A stretch of DNA of 64,000 nt, taken from positions 621-64,620 of the forward strand of contig CAYNUH010000001.1 in NCBI GenBank assembly GCA_964400605.1. The letters are read 5' to 3'. The position numbers were made by a program, and so were the translations under genes. This document shows positions 53,612 to 62,883 of the stretch, piece by piece. A model generated the notes under the pieces. The model was given only the letters and a program-made list of their open reading frames with translations, was not told the origin of the DNA and did not search any database. Positions within the stretch are counted from its first letter, which is position 1, and every line of letters starts with the position of its first letter. Source of the DNA: an uncultured Acidobacteriota bacterium. GTDB taxonomy: Bacteria; Acidobacteriota; Polarisedimenticolia; JACPZX01.

Positions 53612-53707
53612 CGCGGGCGGCCTCCGGGCTGATGACGGATCGGCGGGCAGCGCAATTTAACACAGCGGGGCCGGAAGCCGCGCCTGCGTTGCCCGCTGGG
53701 ACCCGTG

Positions 53708-53793
53708 GACTGCTTTGCGGAGCGGGTGGCCGAGCGAACGGAGGCCGAGCGCGCGGGAGCGCGCGGAGGCCGTCTCCCGCAAGCAAAGCAGTC
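53708..53793. repeat. Intergenic inverted repeat (11-bp arms GACTGCTTTGC/GCAAAGCAGTC, 64-nt spacer) containing internal GAGCGCGCGG direct repeats and the 28-nt motif shared with 26323-26350
   Basis: Arms at 53708-53718 and 53783-53793. Loop contains ggaggccgagcgcgcgg gagcgcgcggaggccg. Lies in the divergent region between the threonine dehydratase and the M28 peptidase. Confidence 0.5.
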
Positions 53794-53987
53794 AACGGCC
53801 CCCGCCCGGGGATGTTTGTTCGGCTCCGGGGCGCATGGTCTATAATCCGCGGCTCGCGGCCGCAGCCCCGATAGAGCCGCAAGCGGGGCCGAGCGAGAAC
53901 GAGCCGAAGCGGTCCGCGGGGAAGTGATGCAGCGCATGAGAACGGCGGCGCCCCCGACGGCGGCCGCCCAGGAGGCTTGCACAGGTG

Positions 53988-55787
53988 ATGCGGATGTTGA
54001 GGTCAGGTTCGAGGCGGTGCGCTCTCTCCGTGGCGGCGGCGGTGCTGCTGCTGGCGGCGTTCCCCGCCATGGCGCAGAAATCTCCCGCGCCCCCGTCCAC
54101 GCCGCCGGCAGCGCATCCAGGCGCGCCGCCCGCCGCCGAGACGGAACTCGACAAGAACGTCAAGACAGCGATGGACACCATCTTCGCCGCGAGGATCAAG
54201 GCCAACGTCAAGTTCCTGGCGAGCGACCTCCTCGAAGGGCGGGGGACCGGGCAGCGCGGCGGCGAACTCTCCGCCGAGTACGTCGCCACCCAGTACGGAC
54301 TGCTCGGGCTGGGCCAGCCCGTCCCGGTGGACGCGAACACCACGTCGTACTTCCAGAGCGTCCCGCTCGTGGGCGTGGAGACCGACGCCGCCTCCAGCAC
54401 GCTGACCTTCACGAAGGATGCTCAGAGCGTGTCCCCGGCCTACCTCGATCAGGCCGTGTACTGGACCGAGACGCAGCAGCCGGCCGCCGAGGCCTCCTCG
54501 GAGGTGGTCTTCGTCGGCTACGGCGCCCTCGCGCCGGAGTTCAAGTGGGACGACTTCAAGGACGTGGACCTCACGGGCAAGATCCTGCTCATGCTGGTCA
54601 ACGACCCTCCCTCCGAAGATCCGAACTTCTTCGGGGGCAAGGGCCTGACCTACTATGGCCGGTGGACCTACAAGTTCTGGGTCGCGGCGGAGAAGGGGGC
54701 GGCGGGCGCCATCCTGATCCACAACACCGACATGGCCGGCTACGGCTGGGACGTCGTGCGCAACTCCTGGGGGAAGGAGCGCTCCTACATCCAGATCGAT
54801 CCTCAGGGGACGCCGCCGCTGCGGCTGGCGGGGTGGGTCACCGAGGACACCGCCCGGCAAGTCGTGTCGATGGCGGGCCGGGACCTCACTGCCCTGATGG
54901 AGGCGGCCGCGAGGAGCGACTTCAAGCCGGTGCCGCTGGGGATCACCGCCTCTGCCCGCCTCACCAGCAAGGTGCGCAACGTCATCACGCAGAACGTGGT
55001 CGGATTCATCCCGGGCGCGGACCCCGTCCGCCAGCGCGAGTTCGTCATCTACACGGCGCACTATGACCACCTCGGCATCGGGCAGCCCGTGGGCGACGAC
55101 AGCATCTACAACGGCGCCCAGGACAACGCCTCCGGCGTCTCGGCCATGCTGGAGGTGGCGCGCGCGTTCATGTCGTCGTCCAAGGCCCGCCCGCGCCGCT
55201 CGCTCCTCTTCATCGCCCTCGCCGCCGAGGAGCAGGGCCTGAGGGGCTCCGAGCACTTCTGCAACCGCCGGAACCTCTTCCTCTTCCCGGGGCGCATGGC
55301 CGCCGACATCAACCTCGACGGGATCAGCACGGTCGGCGAGACTCGCGACTACGTTTTCCTGGGGGCCGATCGATCCACTCTGAAAAAGTACGTGGACGAC
55401 GGCGCCCGCCTCCTCGACTACGTCGTCAAGCCCGATCCCCACCCCGAGAAGGGGCACTTCTACCGGTCCGACCACTTCAACTTCGCCCGGATCGGCGTCC
55501 CCTCCATGTCCATAGACAACGGGCTCGACTACATCGACCATCCCGCGGGCTGGGGAGAGGAGCAGTATCAGGACTACCTCGCCAAGCGCTACCACCAGCC
55601 CGATGACGAGTTCGACCCGACCTGGGACTTTAAGGGCGTGGCGCGCGTGGCCAAGATCGCTTTCTATCTGGGCTGGAGGGTGGCCATGGACGACGCCATG
55701 CCCATGTGGAACCAAGGGGACGAGTTCGAGGAGGAGCGCAAGGAGACCATCGCCGAGGTCCCCGCGGCCGAGCCTCCCAAGCCGTAG
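53988..55787 (+). CDS. M28-family zinc aminopeptidase with PA (protease-associated) domain, secreted
   Basis: Signal peptide (ALSVAAAVLLLAAFPAMAQ). M28 motifs (HYDHLG...GAQDNASGVSAMLEVARAF; ...EEQGLRGSE...). A GTG at 53985 is an alternative start. Confidence 0.8.
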   Translation: MRMLRSGSRRCALSVAAAVLLLAAFPAMAQKSPAPPSTPPAAHPGAPPAAETELDKNVKTAMDTIFAARIKANVKFLASDLLEGRGTGQRGGELSAEYVATQYGLLGLGQPVPVDANTTSYFQSVPLVGVETDAASSTLTFTKDAQSVSPAYLDQAVYWTETQQPAAEASSEVVFVGYGALAPEFKWDDFKDVDLTGKILLMLVNDPPSEDPNFFGGKGLTYYGRWTYKFWVAAEKGAAGAILIHNTDMAGYGWDVVRNSWGKERSYIQIDPQGTPPLRLAGWVTEDTARQVVSMAGRDLTALMEAAARSDFKPVPLGITASARLTSKVRNVITQNVVGFIPGADPVRQREFVIYTAHYDHLGIGQPVGDDSIYNGAQDNASGVSAMLEVARAFMSSSKARPRRSLLFIALAAEEQGLRGSEHFCNRRNLFLFPGRMAADINLDGISTVGETRDYVFLGADRSTLKKYVDDGARLLDYVVKPDPHPEKGHFYRSDHFNFARIGVPSMSIDNGLDYIDHPAGWGEEQYQDYLAKRYHQPDDEFDPTWDFKGVARVAKIAFYLGWRVAMDDAMPMWNQGDEFEEERKETIAEVPAAEPPKP

Positions 55788-55825
55788 GTCCAAGGCGCGA
55801 GCGCATCCGGAAGGGAGGAGGCCCT

Positions 55826-57973
55826 GTGGTTCGAGCCTCTGGGGAGGCGCGCCCCATCGAATGGGACTCCCCGCTGCGCTACCTGAAGGGATTTGGCCCC
55901 GCGAGGGCCGAGGCCCTGGCCGGGAAGGGTTACAGCACCGCGGGCGACCTTCTCCTTCACTTCCCGTTCCGCTACGAGGACCGGAGCCGCTTCGTCCCCA
56001 TCGGATCGCTCGGCCCGGCCTCCGGCCGCGTGACCATCGCGGGCCGCGTGCTCGCCTGCAGCCTCTTCACCACGCGGCGCCGGAGGCTCCGGATCGTCAG
56101 GGCCGTCGTGGACGACGGCACGGGCTCCATCGAGTGCCTCTGGTTCAACCAGCCCTTCATCCGGGACCATCTCAAGCGCGGCGTGGAGGTGGTGCTGTAC
56201 GGGGCGCCGGCGAGCGGGCCCGACCGGCCGGCTGCGCTGCAGATGGCGGGCCCCGACTGGGAGATCGTCACCCACGAGAGGGGCGACGAGATCCACATGG
56301 GGCGCCTCGTGCCCGTCCACCGCCGGCTTCCGAACCTCTCTCCCAAGGCGGTGCGGCGGATCCTTCACGGCCTCCTGGCGGCCCTGCCCGACGACCTCCA
56401 GGACCCGATCCCCGCCCCTTTGCGCGACCGGCTCGGGCTGATGCCGCGCGCGGAGGCCATCCGGCAGGTGCACTTCCCGGATTCCGGCGCCGACCCGGAG
56501 GCCCTCGCGGCGCGGCGCACGCCGGCCCACCGGCGGATGATCTTCGAGGAGTTCTTCCTCCTTCAGGTGGCCCTCGCTCTGAGGCGGCGATCCGTGGCGG
56601 CCGAGAGGCGCGCCTCCCCGTACGGGATGACTCCGGAGATCCGCTCCCGGCTGGCGTCGGCCCTCCCCTTCAGGCTCACCGCGGCCCAGAAGCGGGTGCT
56701 TAAAGAGATTGTGGACGATCTGAAGTCGCCGCACCTGATGCACCGCCTGCTTCAGGGAGACGTTGGATCGGGGAAGACGATCGTGGCGCTGCTGGCCATG
56801 CTCTTCGCCGTGGAGAACGGCCGGCAGGCGGCGCTCATGGTTCCCACCGAGATCCTCGCCGAGCAGCACCACCGCGTCATCCAGAAGATCCTAGAAGGAA
56901 GGCCCTACAGGAGCGTGCTCCTCACGGGCGCGTCGAGGCGCTCCGGCGGACGGCAGGTCCTGGCGGGGATCGCCGGAGGGTTCTGGCAGATCGTCGTGGG
57001 CACGCACGCCCTCATCGAGGAGTCGGTCGCCTTCCAGCGTCTCGGTCTCGTGGTGGTGGACGAGCAGCACCGCTTCGGCGTGCTCCAGCGGGCGGCGCTG
57101 CGCGGGAAGGGGCACTCCCCGGACGTGCTCGTCATGACCGCGACGCCGATCCCAAGGTCGCTGTGCCTCACCGTCTACGGTGATCTCGATCTGTCCATCA
57201 TGGACGAACTCCCTCCGGGGCGCCGGCCGGTCAAGACGCTGCGCCGCAAGGAGGCCTCGCGGGAGAAGATCTACGAATTCGTGCGGCACGAGATCCGGCG
57301 CGGGAGGCAGGCTTACGTCGTGCTCCCCCTCGTGGAGGAGTCCGAGACGCTCGATCTGAAGGCGGCCGTGGAGATGACGGAGGCGCTGCGGCCGGTGTTC
57401 CCCGACACCGTCGTGGGGCTCGTCCACGGCAGGATGGACCCCGATGAACGGGAGCGGGTCATGGAGGGCTTCGCCGCGGGATCGATCGAGCTCCTGGTGG
57501 CGACCACCGTGATCGAGGTGGGTATTGACGTCCCCAACGCCACGGTCATGGTCATCGAGAACGCGGAGCGGTTCGGCCTCAGCCAGCTCCACCAGCTCCG
57601 GGGGCGCGTGGGGCGCGGGCCGCATCCGTCCTGCTGCGTCCTCCTGGAGTCCGAGGATCTGACGCCGGAGGCCGAGGCGCGGTTGGCCGTGATGGCGGAG
57701 ACCGAGGACGGCTTCCGGATCGCGGAGCGCGACCTGGAGATTCGCGGCCCCGGCGAGCTCACCGGCACACGCCAGACGGGTATGCCCGAGCTGAGGATCG
57801 CCGACGTCCTGAAGGACAGGGAGATCCTCGATCGGGCCCGCGCGGAGGCGTTTCGCCTGGTCGGGGCGATGGAGCAAGCGGAGGCCGAAGGAGCCGAGGG
57901 ACCTTACCGGCCTCTGATCCGGCACGTGCGGCGCCTGTGGGGCGAGCGTCTCGGCATGGCGGCGACGGGCTGA
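55826..57973 (+). CDS. recG: ATP-dependent DNA helicase RecG
   Basis: Wedge/OB N-terminal domain. Helicase motifs (GDVGSGKT, DEQHRFG, TATPIPRS, VIENAERFGLSQLHQLRGRVGRG). GTG start at 55826 is preceded by AAGGGAGGAG. The ORF upstream to 55706 is read-through of a different frame. Confidence 0.9.
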   Translation: MVRASGEARPIEWDSPLRYLKGFGPARAEALAGKGYSTAGDLLLHFPFRYEDRSRFVPIGSLGPASGRVTIAGRVLACSLFTTRRRRLRIVRAVVDDGTGSIECLWFNQPFIRDHLKRGVEVVLYGAPASGPDRPAALQMAGPDWEIVTHERGDEIHMGRLVPVHRRLPNLSPKAVRRILHGLLAALPDDLQDPIPAPLRDRLGLMPRAEAIRQVHFPDSGADPEALAARRTPAHRRMIFEEFFLLQVALALRRRSVAAERRASPYGMTPEIRSRLASALPFRLTAAQKRVLKEIVDDLKSPHLMHRLLQGDVGSGKTIVALLAMLFAVENGRQAALMVPTEILAEQHHRVIQKILEGRPYRSVLLTGASRRSGGRQVLAGIAGGFWQIVVGTHALIEESVAFQRLGLVVVDEQHRFGVLQRAALRGKGHSPDVLVMTATPIPRSLCLTVYGDLDLSIMDELPPGRRPVKTLRRKEASREKIYEFVRHEIRRGRQAYVVLPLVEESETLDLKAAVEMTEALRPVFPDTVVGLVHGRMDPDERERVMEGFAAGSIELLVATTVIEVGIDVPNATVMVIENAERFGLSQLHQLRGRVGRGPHPSCCVLLESEDLTPEAEARLAVMAETEDGFRIAERDLEIRGPGELTGTRQTGMPELRIADVLKDREILDRARAEAFRLVGAMEQAEAEGAEGPYRPLIRHVRRLWGERLGMAATG

Positions 57974-57992
57974 GAGCGTGAGGCGGCGGCCC

Positions 57993-58283
57993 TCAGTGGA
58001 TCAGCCCGCCGGGAGGCTCCGGCGCTTCCGTGATGGTTCCGAACCGAGCCTCGTACCTCGCGATGTTCTCCGACAGCGCCCGGGCGATGCGCTTCACGTG
58101 GCCGGGGCTGACGATGACGCGCGCGGAGAGCTTGCCCGCCTCCGGCAGCATGCTGAAGAAGTCGAGAAAGAACTCCTCCCGCGTGTGCGAGACCATCATG
58201 TGGTTGGAGTACACGCCCCCCACGATGTCGTCCGTGACCTTGATCGGTATCTGCCTCGGCTTGGGCCCTTCCTCGGTCATCAC
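57993..58283 (-). CDS. DUF3467 domain protein
   Basis: KVTDDIVGGVYSNHMMVSHTREEFFLDFF is the DUF3467 core. Confidence 0.65.
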   Translation of the reverse strand: MMTEEGPKPRQIPIKVTDDIVGGVYSNHMMVSHTREEFFLDFFSMLPEAGKLSARVIVSPGHVKRIARALSENIARYEARFGTITEAPEPPGGLIH

Positions 58284-58295
58284 CTCGCCTCCTCT

Positions 58296-59009
58296 TCAGA
58301 CCGCGATCCTCCCCGGCGCCAGCCGGGCGAGGACGCGGTAGGTTCTCTGCGGCAGGTCGGAAGCCCTTCGCTCCTTCATCCGGAGCAGATCCTTCCACAA
58401 CCGAAGGGCGTCCTCCGGCGTGTCCACGTCGTGCCACACCCCGATCTCGACGAAGGAGACGCCTGACTCCTTTAATCTCCTGATGGTGACCGGAAACACA
58501 TCGCGGGTGCCCCACCGGATCCCGCGGAACGGCTCCAGGTGCAGACGGGTCATGCCGATCAGATAATACCCTCCGTCCTCGGCCGGGCCGAGCACCACCT
58601 CCGCCCGCCGCAGCGCCTCGAACGCCCCCGTCAGGTGATCGGCGGGGAGGGTGGGGGAGTCGCTGCCCAGGATCACGACCCGTTTGTGGCCGGCTCGCAG
58701 CTTCGCCTGGATCGCGAGCGCCATCCTCTCGCCGAGGTCGCCGCCGGACTGGGTCTCTTCGGCCACGCCTGGCGGCAGCGGATCCGCCGCGGCGCACGCG
58801 CCGCAGGCCCCGCTCAGGGTCTCGCTCCAGGCCACGCTGAGGGCGGCTGTCGGCGACGCACGCGCGGCGCGTTCGATCACGTCGCCGAGGAGCGCGACGT
58901 GGATCTCGCAGGCCTCCTCCGCGGAGAAGACGCCCATCAGCCTCGTCTTCACCTGTCCGGGGCGGGGCCTTCGGGCGAACACGACAAGGGCGTCCTCTCT
59001 CGCGTGCAC
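58296..59009 (-). CDS. TIGR04282-family (DUF2064) nucleotidyl/glycosyl-transferase-like protein
   Basis: LVVFARRPRPGQVKTRL...VVILGSDSPTLP...GPAEDGGYYLIG. GTG start at 59009; the longer ORF to 59270 has a non-coding-like N-terminus. Confidence 0.65.
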   Translation of the reverse strand: MHAREDALVVFARRPRPGQVKTRLMGVFSAEEACEIHVALLGDVIERAARASPTAALSVAWSETLSGACGACAAADPLPPGVAEETQSGGDLGERMALAIQAKLRAGHKRVVILGSDSPTLPADHLTGAFEALRRAEVVLGPAEDGGYYLIGMTRLHLEPFRGIRWGTRDVFPVTIRRLKESGVSFVEIGVWHDVDTPEDALRLWKDLLRMKERRASDLPQRTYRVLARLAPGRIAV

Positions 59010-59082
59010 ATCTGGTCCGGCGCCGGCGCGACGGTCCGTCGCGCCCGGCTGAAGGAGGCGGCGCCATCCACGAAAACCGCGG

Positions 59083-60045
59083 TTGGCGGACCTCGGAGAC
59101 GCGATGATAACATCGAGCGAGGCGGGCGGCCCGAACGGCGAGCCGCGCGACGACCCCCCGAGGAGAATTCCGTCGATGGAACCGAGCCGCCGCGCGGACG
59201 CGCCCGCGTCCGATCCGGAATCGGGCTTCCTCACCGAGATCTCACGCCTCTTCTTCGTCCCCGCCGCCATCGTCGTGCTGTGCGTGCTGGTCTTCGTCCT
59301 TTTCGGGCTGATCGCCTCCGAGGGGAAGACGGCGCGCGACTACCTGGAGGAGATCCGCCAGGGAGGCGCCAACCGGAGGTGGCAGGCCGCCTTCGAGCTT
59401 TCGCGCATCCTCACCCGCGACGAGCGAGCGCGCTCGGATCCGAGTCTGGGCACGGAGATCGCAGGGCTTCTTTCGGACCCCCATCTCGATGAGCCCCTGG
59501 TGAGGCGTTACCTGATCCTGGCATTGGAGCAGATCGCCGATCCTTCGGCGGGCCCCGCCGTCGAGAAGGCGCTGGCGGATCCGGATCAGGAGGTCAGGCT
59601 CTACGCCGCCCGTGCTCTCGGGCGGATCGAAGGCCCCGGATCGGTCGCGGCCCTCCTCCCGCTCCTTCAGGATCAGGACGCGGGGCTGCGCAAGATGGCG
59701 CTCCACTCGCTGGGCCGCCTCGGCGATGCCGGCGCCGCCGCGGAGATGCGGCCGCGGCTGGACGATCCCGTCGAGGACGTGCGGTGGAACGCCGCCCTGG
59801 CCCTGGCGGTGCTCGGAGACCGTTCAGGCGCGGAGATGCTGGGGCTCATGATGGACTCCGCCTACCTGGACCGCGTCGAGGGGATCACCGAGGAGCAGAA
59901 GATCGAGGCGCGCGTCAACGCCATCCAGGCGGCCTTCCGGCTTTCCGACCCCGGCCTGCGGCGGTTCGTGGAGGGCCTGAGCCGGACGGATTCGAGCCTC
60001 CGTGTGCGCGACGTCGCGATGAAAACCCTCAAGGAGTGGAACTGA
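59083..60045 (+). CDS. HEAT/PBS-lyase repeat protein with an N-terminal TM anchor
   Basis: TM (LFFVPAAIVVLCVLVFVLFGLI) followed by about 6 HEAT-like repeats (DPDQEVRLYAARALGRIEG; DQDAGLRKMALHSLGRLGD; DPVEDVRWNAALALAVLGD). Confidence 0.65.
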   Translation: MADLGDAMITSSEAGGPNGEPRDDPPRRIPSMEPSRRADAPASDPESGFLTEISRLFFVPAAIVVLCVLVFVLFGLIASEGKTARDYLEEIRQGGANRRWQAAFELSRILTRDERARSDPSLGTEIAGLLSDPHLDEPLVRRYLILALEQIADPSAGPAVEKALADPDQEVRLYAARALGRIEGPGSVAALLPLLQDQDAGLRKMALHSLGRLGDAGAAAEMRPRLDDPVEDVRWNAALALAVLGDRSGAEMLGLMMDSAYLDRVEGITEEQKIEARVNAIQAAFRLSDPGLRRFVEGLSRTDSSLRVRDVAMKTLKEWN

Positions 60046-60063
60046 TCCGGCGCGCGCTCGGTT

Positions 60064-60093
60064 GACTCCCGGGGGGGTTCTGTTAGAATCGCG
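60064..60093 (+). promoter_or_regulatory. Sigma70-like promoter (TTGACT, 16-nt spacer, TAGAAT) upstream of the Rieske / cyt b / multiheme cyt c operon
   Basis: ttgactcccgggggggttctgttagaat; about 150-nt leader before the Rieske start. Confidence 0.45.
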
Positions 60094-60246
60094 GCGTTTC
60101 AGAAGGGACTCCCGCGCTCACCGGAGTTGAGGTGAAACCGTCCCGCTGATTCCCTCAAAAAAGCGAAGGTCCTTGGCTCGGTGGGTCCGGACGGCGGGGG
60201 AGACCGCATGCGGCCTGGCCCGCCGGTTCGGCCGGGAGACATGTCC

Positions 60247-60927
60247 ATGACGGATGACACTCAGAAGGCCGCGCCCCCTCAGCCCTCCGGCCCTCCGCCG
60301 GGGGCGGTGGTCACGGCGGGAGTGGTCACCAGGGCCGCGGAGGCAGGAGCGCCCCCGCCGGCCGCCGCGAAGAGCACCGGCCCCGCGGCCACGAAGGCCA
60401 ACCAGCCCGCGGCGCCCTCCGGGCCCATGCCGCTCAACATCACCCGCCGCACGTTCTTCACCTCCCTTGGCATCGCGTGGGTCTCCTTCACCGGGGCGAT
60501 GGGCGCGGCGCTGACCGCAACCGCCCGGTTCATGTTCCCTAACGTGCTCTTCGAGCCCGTCCAGAGCTTCAAGGCCGGGTACCCGAGCGACTACACCGTC
60601 GGCGTCGTGGACGAGACGTACAAGGAGAAGTACGGAACCTGGATCGTGCGCACGGAGGAGGGCGTCTACGCCCTCTCCACCACGTGCACGCACCTCGGGT
60701 GCACGCCGAACTGGCTGGCGGCCGAGAACAAGTTCAAGTGCCCGTGCCATGGCAGCGGCTTCTATCCGTCGGGGATAAACTTCGAGGGGCCGGCGCCGCG
60801 CCCGCTCGAGAGGTACAAGATCACGCTCGCCGAGGACGGCCAGATTTTCATCGACAAGGACCTGAAGTACCAGCAGGAGAAGGGTCAGTGGGATGACCCC
60901 ACCTCTTTCCTCAGGTACACCGGCTGA
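60247..60927 (+). CDS. Rieske [2Fe-2S] iron-sulfur subunit of a cytochrome bc-type complex
   Basis: Box I CTHLGC and box II CPCHGS. Tat/anchor motif [16 protein letters not shown]. Preceded by about 60 aa of Pro/Ala-rich sequence if the start is 60247; an internal ATG at 60427 would give a canonical Tat N-terminus. Confidence 0.85.
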   Translation: MTDDTQKAAPPQPSGPPPGAVVTAGVVTRAAEAGAPPPAAAKSTGPAATKANQPAAPSGPMPLNITRRTFFTSLGIAWVSFTGAMGAALTATARFMFPNVLFEPVQSFKAGYPSDYTVGVVDETYKEKYGTWIVRTEEGVYALSTTCTHLGCTPNWLAAENKFKCPCHGSGFYPSGINFEGPAPRPLERYKITLAEDGQIFIDKDLKYQQEKGQWDDPTSFLRYTG

Positions 60928-60941
60928 GGAGGCCCTCTCTC

Positions 60942-61760
60942 ATGCCCGAAGACCATCAGGTTCCCCAGACGTCAGAGGTCAAGAAAAAGGACCTCGTCAC
61001 GTACGTTCGCGAGAGCCAGATCTGGAACTCGATCTTCAGGCACGGCCCTCCGAGCAACGACCGCAACCGAGCCCTCGCGGTCATCACCAACGTCTTCCTC
61101 CACCTGCATCCGGTGCGCGTGCGCAAGTCGGGCCTGCGCCTCAAGTACACGTGGTGCATGGGAGGCGTCACCTTCTTCCTGTTCATCGTGGAGACCATCA
61201 CGGGCCTGCTCCTCATGTTCTACTACCGGCCCACGGTGGAGTACGCGTACGCCGACATCTGGGACCTCCGGGAGCAGGTGCCTCTCGGGGTGATGCGCGA
61301 GCTGCACCGGTGGGGCGCGCACGCCATGGTCATCTCCGTCTGGCTGCACATGTTCCGCGTCTTCATGACCGGATCGTACAAGCCGCCGCGCGAGTTCAAC
61401 TGGAACGTCGGCGTCATTCTCCTCGTGCTCACGCTGCTCTTGTCCTTCACGGGCTATCTGCTCCCGTGGGACCAGCTCGCCATGTGGGCCATCACGGTTG
61501 GATCCAACATGGCCCGGGCCACGCCCTTCCTGGGGTACGAGGGGCCGGGAGCCACGCTCCTGAAGCTGGGGGACGTCAACCTCGTGCACGTGGGGAGTGA
61601 CGCGCGCTTCGGCCTCCTCGCCGGCCGTTTCGTGGGGGCGGGCGCGCTGCTCAGGTTCTACGTGCTGCACTGCGTGGCGATCCCGCTGGTGGTCGCGACG
61701 CTCATGGCCATCCATTTCTGGCGCGTCCGGAAGGACGGCGGCATCTCCGGGCCGCTCTGA
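60942..61760 (+). CDS. Cytochrome b, N-terminal (b6-like) half carrying the heme-ligating His pairs
   Basis: [25 protein letters not shown]...[29 protein letters not shown]: conserved His in helices B and D of cytochrome b/b6. Confidence 0.9.
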   Translation: MPEDHQVPQTSEVKKKDLVTYVRESQIWNSIFRHGPPSNDRNRALAVITNVFLHLHPVRVRKSGLRLKYTWCMGGVTFFLFIVETITGLLLMFYYRPTVEYAYADIWDLREQVPLGVMRELHRWGAHAMVISVWLHMFRVFMTGSYKPPREFNWNVGVILLVLTLLLSFTGYLLPWDQLAMWAITVGSNMARATPFLGYEGPGATLLKLGDVNLVHVGSDARFGLLAGRFVGAGALLRFYVLHCVAIPLVVATLMAIHFWRVRKDGGISGPL

Positions 61761-61788
61761 TCGCGCCGGACCGGCCTCAGGAACCGCG

Positions 61789-62865
61789 ATGCAGGTCATC
61801 AAGGACTTGATCAACTGGGCCTCGGCGCCCGTCCAGTTCTTCACGTTCAGCACCCTCCTGTTCATCGCGATGCTGCGGTTCAAGGGCTGGGTCAGGCCGA
61901 AGAACGCCCTGGCCATCCTGATCGCCGCCGCCGCCTTCTTCGGCGTCAGCATGTTCGACCCCAACTTCCGGAAGATCGTGGTCAAGGCGGACAACATCCC
62001 CATCGCATTCATGTTGTTCATCCTCGGCTTCTTCCTCTGGCTGGCGCTGCGGCAGGCCTTCGAGAACGACCGGAGGATCGCGAGGGGAGAACCCCCCGCG
62101 GAGGCGCTCGAGACCAAGGACAAACTCATGGTGTGGCCGCACCTGGTCTACATCGAGTTCATCTGCCTGATCCTGCTGACGGTGGTGCTGATCGTCTGGT
62201 CGATCCTCATCCAGGCGCCCATCGAGCAGCCGGCCAACCCCACCGACTCGCCCAACCCGTCCAAGGCGCCGTGGTACTTCCTCGGCCTCCAGGAGATGCT
62301 GGTCTACTTCGACCCCTGGTTGGCGGGCGTGGTCTTCCCGAGCCTCATCATCGTCGGATTGATGGCCATCCCCTACATGGACACCAACCCGAAGGGAAAC
62401 GGCTACTTCACCTTCGCCGAGCGGAAGTGGGAGATCTCGCTGTTCCTCTTCGGCTTCATCATCCTGTGGATCCTGCTCATCATCGCCGGGACGTTCCTCC
62501 GCGGTCCCAACTGGAACTTCTTCGGCCCGTATCAGTACTGGGACGTCCACAAGGTCGTGCCCCTGGTGAACATCCACCTGTCGGAGATCTTCTGGGTCCG
62601 CACGCTGGGCGTGGCGCTTCCGTCCAACTGGCTCGTGCGCGAGGCGCCAGGGATCTTTGTGGCTCTCGTGTACCTCTTCGCACTACCGCCCCTCCTGGCC
62701 AGGACCCTGCTCAAGAACTTCTACTCCAAGATGGGGTTCGCCCGGTACAGCGTCTTCGTCTTTCTGCTGCTGCCCATGCTGAGCCTGCCGATCAAGATGT
62801 ACCTGCGCTGGGCATTCAACTTCAAGTACCTGGTGAACCTTCCGGAGTTCTTCTTCAACATCTGA
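61789..62865 (+). CDS. Cytochrome b C-terminal (subunit IV / PetD-like) half with extra C-terminal TM helices
   Basis: PNPSKAPWYFLGLQEML (the PEWY region of cyt b). 358 aa, about 7 TM. Confidence 0.8.
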   Translation: MQVIKDLINWASAPVQFFTFSTLLFIAMLRFKGWVRPKNALAILIAAAAFFGVSMFDPNFRKIVVKADNIPIAFMLFILGFFLWLALRQAFENDRRIARGEPPAEALETKDKLMVWPHLVYIEFICLILLTVVLIVWSILIQAPIEQPANPTDSPNPSKAPWYFLGLQEMLVYFDPWLAGVVFPSLIIVGLMAIPYMDTNPKGNGYFTFAERKWEISLFLFGFIILWILLIIAGTFLRGPNWNFFGPYQYWDVHKVVPLVNIHLSEIFWVRTLGVALPSNWLVREAPGIFVALVYLFALPPLLARTLLKNFYSKMGFARYSVFVFLLLPMLSLPIKMYLRWAFNFKYLVNLPEFFFNI

Positions 62866-62883
62866 GATCCTCGGGAGTCGTCC

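Noticed and set aside
54003-55793. 596-aa minus-strand ORF
   Set aside because: It is antisense to the M28 peptidase.
55664-56872. 402-aa minus-strand ORF and the 55706-55825 5' extension of recG
   Set aside because: The first is antisense to recG. recG starts at the GTG with the strong SD, after the M28 stop.
60972-62129. 385-aa minus-strand ORF
   Set aside because: It is antisense to the cytochrome b genes.
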